Shown here piece after piece: positions 7,969 to 14,719 of a stretch of DNA of 15,394 nucleotides. The position numbers and the translations under genes are program-made. Position 1 is the first letter of the stretch. Each line of letters begins with the position of its first letter. Origin of the DNA: Thermoproteota archaeon (lineage in GTDB: Archaea > Thermoproteota > Thermoprotei > Gearchaeales > Gearchaeaceae); contig JAVVGF010000011.1 of assembly GCA_032249235.1 (NCBI GenBank), positions 1 through 15,394 on the forward strand, given 5' to 3'. The notes under the pieces are model-generated. The model made no database searches. It was not told the DNA's origin and was given only the letters and a program-made list of their open reading frames with translations.

Positions 7969-9312
7969 ATGATGAATAATTCTAGAGCTTTAACAAAAGC
8001 AACTGCAATAATAATTGCTGTAATAGTAATAATTGCTGCAGTAGGAGCGGGAGTATACTTCGCATATTTCTATTCAGCAGCACCTTCAACACAGCCTCCA
8101 ACAGCACCAGCTGGAATAAAAATAGGTTTGCTAACGCATCTTACCGGATCTGTATCTCCTACAGGACAGGACATGCTTAGAGCTTTCCAATTGGCTGTTG
8201 AAGAAATAAACGAACAAGGTGGTGTATATGTTAAAGAATTCAACAAGAAATTACCGTTCATTCCAATTATAGAAGACCAACAAAGTGATCAGCAAAAAAC
8301 AATCGATGCTGCAAACAGATTAGTAAATCAACACAAAGTGGATATAATTGTAGGCGGTTTCGGTAGCGCATTCATATATGCTGCTCAGCCTATTATAGCT
8401 CAATCACAAACGCCTTATATTATTACAGGAGTCTCGACGCCTAGAGTTGTTACAAGGACTGATATAGATACAAGCTGGTTTGTATTGTATCAAGCTGTAG
8501 GACCGGAACACGGAGCTTCAATAGCATTGATCCTTGCTGAAGCTGTTAAACCAGTTGTTGCTCCCAATAGAAATTTGAAAGTAGCAGTAATATACCAAGA
8601 TTCTCCATTCGGTCAAGATTTCTTCTTAGGTATTAATCAAACAACTATAAATAGAAATTTACCTTTAACTTTTGTCTACGTTGGTAAATTCAAAGTTGGA
8701 ACAACTGATTTTCATGCTTTATTATCCCAAGCCGCAGCTGCTAAGCCAGACGTAATAGTTCCTATTGGATTTATTGCAGAAACAATTAATGCAATTCAAC
8801 AAGGAGTCAACGATTTAGGTCTAAAGAAAATCTGGGGCCCTGTTTGCACATGTGTTGATGACGTTACTTACTACAAAAACCTAGGAAAAGCAGGAGATTA
8901 TTCTTTAATGCAGACTTATTATGGACCATATAGCAGTCATCCATCAGTAAGGGAAAAAGTCCAGAATTTCGTGAAGAAATTCAAAGAAAGATGGGGTGTA
9001 TTACCAGGTTCTCAAGGTATTTCAGTTTATGATGCAGTCTATATTGCAGCAAAGGCTATTGAGCTAGCAGGAACTCTAGATAAGACTAAAATAAGAGATA
9101 CTTTAAGAAGCATGACTATCGATCAATTAACGATTGCTGTACCAAATGGAAAGATTCATTTTGGAGAAAAAGGACAGCAAACATTTGAAATATATGGAGT
9201 ACAATTAAGATGGAATGAAACGCTTAAAGAACTACGCCCTGTTATAATTTGGCCTTCTAATATGAAAGAAGCAAACTTCCAGGTTCCTCCAGACTTCCAA
9301 CCTGGAGAATAA
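7969..9312 (+). CDS. livK: HAAT/Liv-family ABC transporter substrate-binding protein, membrane anchored
   Basis: IKIGLLTHLTG..G, LAVEEINEQGG, VDIIVGGFGS, TDFHALL and YDAVYIAAKAIELAG motifs. N-terminal hydrophobic helix followed by a Pro/Thr/Ala linker. Ligand unknown. Confidence 0.88.
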   Translation: MMNNSRALTKATAIIIAVIVIIAAVGAGVYFAYFYSAAPSTQPPTAPAGIKIGLLTHLTGSVSPTGQDMLRAFQLAVEEINEQGGVYVKEFNKKLPFIPIIEDQQSDQQKTIDAANRLVNQHKVDIIVGGFGSAFIYAAQPIIAQSQTPYIITGVSTPRVVTRTDIDTSWFVLYQAVGPEHGASIALILAEAVKPVVAPNRNLKVAVIYQDSPFGQDFFLGINQTTINRNLPLTFVYVGKFKVGTTDFHALLSQAAAAKPDVIVPIGFIAETINAIQQGVNDLGLKKIWGPVCTCVDDVTYYKNLGKAGDYSLMQTYYGPYSSHPSVREKVQNFVKKFKERWGVLPGSQGISVYDAVYIAAKAIELAGTLDKTKIRDTLRSMTIDQLTIAVPNGKIHFGEKGQQTFEIYGVQLRWNETLKELRPVIIWPSNMKEANFQVPPDFQPGE

Positions 9313-10212
9313 ATGATAATTTTTTTATCGATTTTTTCTGAATCATTTTATAGTATTTTATTCTGGGGTTTAATAATCGGTATAATCTATAGCTTACTAG
9401 CTTTAGGTCTTAACATAATTTTTGGCGTTATGAAAGTTGTAAATTTCGCACATGGTGAGATTATGATTACTGGAGCATATATAACGTATTTCATATCTAC
9501 TATGTTTAATATTGATCCTTTCTTTTCAATTCCTATTTCAATGGTAATAGTTGGTTTATTAGGAATGAGTATTGAAAGAGCATTTTTCAGACCTATAAAA
9601 GGAACTTCAAAACTCAATGAAATATTCGTTAGCATTGCATTAATACTAATAATTCAAAATTCTCTAGCACAAACAGTTCTTGAAGTAAATAAGGAAGTAA
9701 AGCCTGTATTGATGACAACAGCTTTTAGTAGTTATTCAATCGAACTAGGTTCTTTATTATTGCCTTTAAACTATTTGATCATCTTAATGGTAACTTCGAT
9801 TTTCTTGTTTTTATTTTACATAATAATAATGAAAACAAGTTTTGGAAGAAGACTTAGAGCTACAAGCCAGAATAGAAACGCTGCAAATTTGATGGGGATT
9901 AATGTTGAAAGAATAGATATGATAAGCTTTGGTATAGGTGCTTCTTTAGCTGCCATGGCTGGCTCTTTTTTTGGAATTATAAGTAGTTTCGATGTTTACT
10001 CAGGAACTTTACCTGCAATAAAGGCATTTGCAATAATCATATTAGGAGGGTTAGGAAGCATTCCAGGTGCGATTGCAGGAGGTTTAATTCTAGGAATGGC
10101 AGAAAACATAGCACTCGCTACATTAGGAGGTTCATGGGGAGATGCAATAGCATTTTTGATACTAACAATTGTTTTGATTTTAAGACCATCAGGTATATTC
10201 GGGAGAGAATGA
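9313..10212 (+). CDS. livH: Liv-type ABC transporter permease
   Basis: ALGLNIIFGVMKVVNFAHGE, FGRRLRATSQN..AANLMGIN and ILGGLGSIPGA motifs. Starts immediately after the livK stop. Confidence 0.92.
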   Translation: MIIFLSIFSESFYSILFWGLIIGIIYSLLALGLNIIFGVMKVVNFAHGEIMITGAYITYFISTMFNIDPFFSIPISMVIVGLLGMSIERAFFRPIKGTSKLNEIFVSIALILIIQNSLAQTVLEVNKEVKPVLMTTAFSSYSIELGSLLLPLNYLIILMVTSIFLFLFYIIIMKTSFGRRLRATSQNRNAANLMGINVERIDMISFGIGASLAAMAGSFFGIISSFDVYSGTLPAIKAFAIIILGGLGSIPGAIAGGLILGMAENIALATLGGSWGDAIAFLILTIVLILRPSGIFGRE

Positions 10213-11159
10213 TGAACAAAATTTTTGGAAAGATTCAAATCACAGTTATAGCAACATTGCTTATTATTCCTCTATTATTTCCCGATGTTTATTATTTACA
10301 AATTTTCTCACTAATACTTGTATTTGCTATTTACTCAATGAGCTGGAATATCCTTACTTATTCAGGACAAGCTTCTCTAGGACATGCAGCGTTTCTTGGA
10401 ATAGGAGCATACTCTTCAGTTTTATTAGTAAAGAATTTAGGATTTCCACCTTTATTGGCAATCTTTATAGGTCCTATTCTTGCAGCAGTTATTGGTTTAG
10501 CATTGGGAATAATTGTTTTGAGATTAAGAGAATGGTTTTTAGCAATGGTTACTTTTGGATTTTCATTAATTGTGCAAGCTATTATCGTTGATGATAGATT
10601 GAGATTTTTGACTGATGGTTGGAATGGAATTTTCGCAAAACCTCTCGTAAGTTATACTTCAAATTATCAATTTATCAACTATTATATCATAGCAGCAGTT
10701 GCAATCGGAGTTTATATAATTACTCTGATTATCTACAATTCCAAGCTAGGTTATGCGCTTAAAGCGATCGATGAAAATGAAGCATTAGCAAAGATTTCAG
10801 GAATAAACACGACTTTTTATAAAGTCTTTGCATTCGTAATAAGTACTTATCTAGCAGGTGTTGCAGGAGCACTTTATGTTCACGGAATTACTTTATTTGT
10901 TTCACCTGAAATATTTAGTGTCCAAAATTCATTTTGGCCTTTGATATTTACTTTAGCAGGCGGTCTTAAAACTTCTGAAGGCCCAATTTTAGGAGCTTTC
11001 GTTATTTGGATGATATGGATTCAACTTAGTTCGTTTGCAGGATATTTAGCACTTCTTGGTATAGGTTGCATCTTAGCAATAATTATTATATTCGCGCCAA
11101 AAGGTTTGCTTGAATTATTTTCAAGAATTGCTAATATAATCCGAGGTAGACAGATTTAA
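10209..11159 (+). CDS. livM: Liv-type ABC transporter permease
   Basis: SWNILTYSGQASLGHAAFLGIGAY and LGYALKAIDENEALA..SGIN motifs. Start moved to ATG 10209, an ATGA overlap with the livH stop (10212 also possible). Confidence 0.9.
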   Translation: MMNKIFGKIQITVIATLLIIPLLFPDVYYLQIFSLILVFAIYSMSWNILTYSGQASLGHAAFLGIGAYSSVLLVKNLGFPPLLAIFIGPILAAVIGLALGIIVLRLREWFLAMVTFGFSLIVQAIIVDDRLRFLTDGWNGIFAKPLVSYTSNYQFINYYIIAAVAIGVYIITLIIYNSKLGYALKAIDENEALAKISGINTTFYKVFAFVISTYLAGVAGALYVHGITLFVSPEIFSVQNSFWPLIFTLAGGLKTSEGPILGAFVIWMIWIQLSSFAGYLALLGIGCILAIIIIFAPKGLLELFSRIANIIRGRQI

Positions 11160-11838
11160 TTTTTTCATTATTTTTCAATTCTTCAGCGCTACCTTCAATT
11201 ACTATTCTTCCATTTTCCATAACATAACCCCTGTCTGCAATGTTAAGTGCAAGTCTTAAGCTTTGTTCAACTAATAGAATTGTCAATCCGCTTTCTCTCA
11301 GCTTAGGCAATATTTCGAATATCTTCGCAACTATCTTTGGCGCTAAGCCTGTAGATGGTTCATCAAGAATAAGTAATGAAGGTTCAGAAGCAAGAGCTCT
11401 AGCAATAGCGAGCATCTGTTGTTCACCGCCGCTTAAAGTTTTTGCTAATTGTTTTTTCTTTTCTTTAAGTACAGGAAATAGATTAAAGACTTTTTCGATG
11501 ATTTCCTTACTTTCAATCTTTTTTCTTGAATTTTCAATTCCTATCAATAAATTCTCTTCTACACTCATGTAAGGAAATAGCTCTCTTGTTTCAGGAACCA
11601 AAGTAACACCTAATTTAACTCGTTCATAAGGTTGAAGCCCTGTTATATCTTTACCTTTATAAAGAATCTTACCTTTATATGGTCTTATAAAACCTGCAAT
11701 AACCTTTAAAGTTGTTGTCTTACCAGCTCCATTGGGGCCTAAAAGACAAACGATTTCTTTTTCTTTAATTTCAAGATTAACACCCCATAATACTTGAAGT
11801 TTTCCATATCCTGCTTCAATTTCTTTCAAAAAGAGCAT
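11131..11838 (-). CDS. livF: Liv-type ABC transporter ATP-binding protein
   Basis: Walker A GPNGAGKT, signature LSGGEQQMLAIARAL, Walker B ILDEPSTGLAP, and the LivF-typical LLVEQ. Confidence 0.94.
   Translation of the reverse strand: MLFLKEIEAGYGKLQVLWGVNLEIKEKEIVCLLGPNGAGKTTTLKVIAGFIRPYKGKILYKGKDITGLQPYERVKLGVTLVPETRELFPYMSVEENLLIGIENSRKKIESKEIIEKVFNLFPVLKEKKKQLAKTLSGGEQQMLAIARALASEPSLLILDEPSTGLAPKIVAKIFEILPKLRESGLTILLVEQSLRLALNIADRGYVMENGRIVIEGSAEELKNNEKIKSVYLGLY
11160..11175 (+). terminator. Possible oligo-T terminator of the livKHM transcript, embedded in the livF coding region
   Basis: T6 (11160-11165) and T5 (11171-11175) directly follow the livM stop. Archaeal intrinsic termination uses oligo-U tracts. 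Confidence 0.35.
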
Positions 11839-12552
11839 TTAATGGACTTTTCCTAAATAGGCTTCTACAACAGAAGGGGCTCGCATTACCTCTTCAGGAT
11901 TACCTTCAGCAATCTTTCTTCCAAAATCTAATACCATAACTCTTTCACATAATTTGCTAATTATTCTAGTATTATGTTCCACAACCATTAAAGTTATGCC
12001 TTCTTCTCTTATTTGGTTCAACAATTTAATGTATTGATTTGCTTGTTCAACATTCAAACCTGTATAGAATTCATCTAGCAATAAAATCTTGGGATTAGTT
12101 GCAAGTGCTCTTGCTAAATCTAATCGTTTAAGTTCTGAAGTATTTAGATTCGAAGCTAAAGTATTTAATTTTGATGAAAGTCCGCAAAATTCTGCAAGCT
12201 CCTTTATTCTTTCTTCAGTTTTAATCTTTTTATCGTTATTAAACAATAAGGCAATTGCTATGTTTTCTTTAACCGTTAAATTCGGAAAGCAAAATGGTAT
12301 TTGGAAAGTTCTGTTTATCCCTAATTTGCAAATTTCATGCGGCTTATATCCAGTGATATCTTGACCATTGAAAAAAATTTTCCCCTTTTCAGGTTTAAGA
12401 AAACCAGTTATTACATTAATCAAAGTTGTTTTACCTGCACCATTAGCACCAACTAAGCCGAAAATTTCTTTTTCTTTTAAGCCAAAGCTTACATCGTTTA
12501 AAACGATATGACCGCCAAACTTTTTAATAATTCGCTCACCGCGTAATATCAT
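11839..12552 (-). CDS. livG: Liv-type ABC transporter ATP-binding protein
   Basis: Walker A GANGAGKT, GINRTFQ, LLLDE, VVEH and C-terminal VVEAYLG. Abuts livF with no gap. Confidence 0.92.
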   Translation of the reverse strand: MILRGERIIKKFGGHIVLNDVSFGLKEKEIFGLVGANGAGKTTLINVITGFLKPEKGKIFFNGQDITGYKPHEICKLGINRTFQIPFCFPNLTVKENIAIALLFNNDKKIKTEERIKELAEFCGLSSKLNTLASNLNTSELKRLDLARALATNPKILLLDEFYTGLNVEQANQYIKLLNQIREEGITLMVVEHNTRIISKLCERVMVLDFGRKIAEGNPEEVMRAPSVVEAYLGKVH

Positions 12553-12576
12553 TTTGCTAATATATGATTATGCAAG

Positions 12577-12593
12577 AATATAAGTCTTAATAC
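12577..12593. promoter_or_regulatory. Putative back-to-back TATA boxes for livG (-) and paaI (+)
   Basis: Minus-strand CTTATATT (12584-12577) lies 25-32 nt before the livG ATG. Plus-strand CTTAATAC (12586-12593) lies 22-29 nt before the paaI ATG. Confidence 0.4.
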
Positions 12594-12614
12594 AATTCTA
12601 GTATTTTTAATATA

Positions 12615-13031
12615 ATGGAAAACGAAAATGAGAAACTCTATGAAGTAATAAGAGAAGACAACTATACAAAATTTCTAGGCATCAAATGCATAGAAATAAG
12701 GAAAGGATACGCAAAGTATTCGATGGTAGTTAAAGAAAATATGATAAACTTTCATAACGTAGCTCATGGAGGGGTAATATTTTCTTTGGCTGACGCAGCA
12801 TTCGCAGCTGCAAGCAATTCTGAAGGAATTAGATCTTTGGCTTTGGTAGTAGAGATTTGCTATAGAAGACCTGTTCATGCAGGTGAGGAGATAATAGCTG
12901 AAGCAAAAGAAGAAAGTGGAGGAAAAAGGACAGCGGTGTATTCAATAAAAGTCTATAACAAAGAAGGAGAAGTGATTGCTTTGTGCCAAGCTACTGTTTA
13001 TAGAACAGGTGAGAAAATAATTACTGATTAG
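12615..13031 (+). CDS. paaI: PaaI-family (hydroxy)phenylacetyl-CoA thioesterase
   Basis: NFHNVAHGGVIFSLADAAFAAASN signature, hotdog-fold size, adjacent to paaK. Confidence 0.88.
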   Translation: MENENEKLYEVIREDNYTKFLGIKCIEIRKGYAKYSMVVKENMINFHNVAHGGVIFSLADAAFAAASNSEGIRSLALVVEICYRRPVHAGEEIIAEAKEESGGKRTAVYSIKVYNKEGEVIALCQATVYRTGEKIITD

Positions 13032-13206
13032 GCTTTATTGAGAATCCAGCTTCGCTCTTTTTTAAACTCTCTAGCAAAGTCTGAACATGACTTATTAAAT
13101 GTAGCGTATTCCTTTCTAAGAATGGCATGTTATTATCCTTTGCTATTTTATATATTTCGCTCAATTCTCTAAGGATCAAATCCAATTTTTCTTCAATTTC
13201 TTTCAT
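13021..13206 (-). CDS. Small helical hypothetical protein (61 aa)
   Basis: Its ATG overlaps the paaK stop (ATGA, 13203-13206). It fills the gap between paaK and paaI, has Glu/Lys/Leu-rich composition like real genes here, and forms two amphipathic helices. Confidence 0.65.
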   Translation of the reverse strand: MKEIEEKLDLILRELSEIYKIAKDNNMPFLERNTLHLISHVQTLLESLKKSEAGFSIKPNQ

Positions 13207-14516
13207 AGTTCTTTTACTATTATTCTCTTAGACTTACCTTCATAACGAGGTAACGTATTCGGATATACTGGAACTAGCTTTGGTGTAACGAATATTAATG
13301 TTCTAGCTAAGTCATTTCTTATTTTCTCTAGTAAAACTTCTTTATCTTTATGATCCAATCCTTCTTTAAATTCAAGGTTAATTATGAATTCTCCTGAAGG
13401 TCTATCTACAATTACTTGATATTCAATAACTTCTGGATAGTTCAATAATACTTTTTGGATATCCAGAGGCCAAATCTTTGCTCCTTTAAAGTATATTACA
13501 TCGTCAACTCTACCTTTTATCCACATACATCTAGGAAAAGCATTTCTTCCACAAGGACATTTATCTTCATCTAGAACTGTTATATCCCTCATTCTATATC
13601 TAATGAAAGGCATAGCTTCTTTAGTTAAAGTAGTAACGACCATTTCACCTTCTTCGCCTGGACCAACAGGTTCAAGGGTTTCTGGATCTACAATTTCTAA
13701 AAAGAAATGGTCTACCCAAAAATGAAAGCCATTTTCATATTCACATTCTTGACCAGCTCCAGGACCTAATAGTTCAGTTGCTCCGTATACATTTCTCGCT
13801 CCTCCTCCTTTTTCTTTGAGAGCAAATCCTTCTTCAAGTCTTTTCCTCACTTCTTCAGTCCATGTTTCAGCACCTGGTATTGTTATCTTTAAAGATGATT
13901 TCTTAGGATCCATTCCTTTTTTAGTCATCAATTCTAGTATGTGAAGCTGATATGAAGGTGTTCCAGTCATAACTGTAGGTTTGAAATCTTGGATTATGTT
14001 CAGCATTGCTTCAGTCCTTCCTACACCCCATGGTATTACGGAAGCACCTACTAAATGAGAGCTTTGATGAAAACCTAGGCCGCCCGTAAAAAGACCGTAA
14101 CCATATATATTCAAAATTATATCTCCTTTGCTCACACCTGCCGTAACTAAAGTCCTCGCCATTAAATGCATCCAAGTTTCGTAATCCTTAAATGTATAAG
14201 CGCCTATTGTAGGTTTACCAGTTGTACCGCTAGTCATATGCCATCCTATCAATTCCTGCCTTGGAACACATAGAAAGTCGCCACCATAAGGATAAGCATA
14301 TTCTCTTAAGTCATCCTTAGTTGTGAATGGAAACTTCCTGATATCTCTTAATTCATTAAAATCATAAGGAGAAACTCCATGTTCTCTGAATTTCCTTTTG
14401 TAGAAAGGGCTCCTTTCATATACGTAATGGAGTATAAATTTTAGTCTTTTGCGTTGAATTTCCTCTATTTCTTTTTTAGGCGCTAATTCAATATTAGGTT
14501 CCCAATATTTTGTCAT
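13203..14516 (-). CDS. paaK: Phenylacetate--CoA ligase family protein
   Basis: PFTTKDDLR, P-loop MTSGTTGKP, YGYGLFTGGLG, YGATE, RYRMRD, GRVDD and C-terminal GKSKR motifs. Confidence 0.92.
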   Translation of the reverse strand: MTKYWEPNIELAPKKEIEEIQRKRLKFILHYVYERSPFYKRKFREHGVSPYDFNELRDIRKFPFTTKDDLREYAYPYGGDFLCVPRQELIGWHMTSGTTGKPTIGAYTFKDYETWMHLMARTLVTAGVSKGDIILNIYGYGLFTGGLGFHQSSHLVGASVIPWGVGRTEAMLNIIQDFKPTVMTGTPSYQLHILELMTKKGMDPKKSSLKITIPGAETWTEEVRKRLEEGFALKEKGGGARNVYGATELLGPGAGQECEYENGFHFWVDHFFLEIVDPETLEPVGPGEEGEMVVTTLTKEAMPFIRYRMRDITVLDEDKCPCGRNAFPRCMWIKGRVDDVIYFKGAKIWPLDIQKVLLNYPEVIEYQVIVDRPSGEFIINLEFKEGLDHKDKEVLLEKIRNDLARTLIFVTPKLVPVYPNTLPRYEGKSKRIIVKEL

Positions 14517-14719
14517 GACTATATTAAAGTATTATTAAAGAAATATTTTTCTGCAAAAACTTCTTTCAATTCATGAGTAAAACTACTTGTATCTAAATTA
14601 ATTAATAAGATTTGTGCTTTAAGATATTAAGAAAATATTGGATTTTAATAGATTCTTGAGCATTTCATATTCTTGCTAAAATAAGGATCTACATTAAAAT
14701 TTTAGGTCTTTAATTGAAC

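Noticed and set aside
8070-10238. - strand ORFs 8070..8261, 9387..9635 and 9996..10238
   Set aside because: Antisense shadows of livK, livH and livM.
11240-12878. ORFs 11240..11572 (+), 12089..12364 (+) and 12675..12878 (-)
   Set aside because: Antisense to livF, livG and paaI. The Cys cluster in the last is simply the reverse complement of the Ala-rich PaaI motif (GCA read as TGC).
12615-14516. Complete phenylacetate catabolic pathway
   Set aside because: Only the ligase and thioesterase are present. No epoxidase, ring-opening or beta-oxidation genes are in the window.
14517-14719. 203-bp intergenic region as an ncRNA or small gene
   Set aside because: Very AT-rich with no GC-rich stem, and the + strand ATG frame at 14573 closes after 7 codons.
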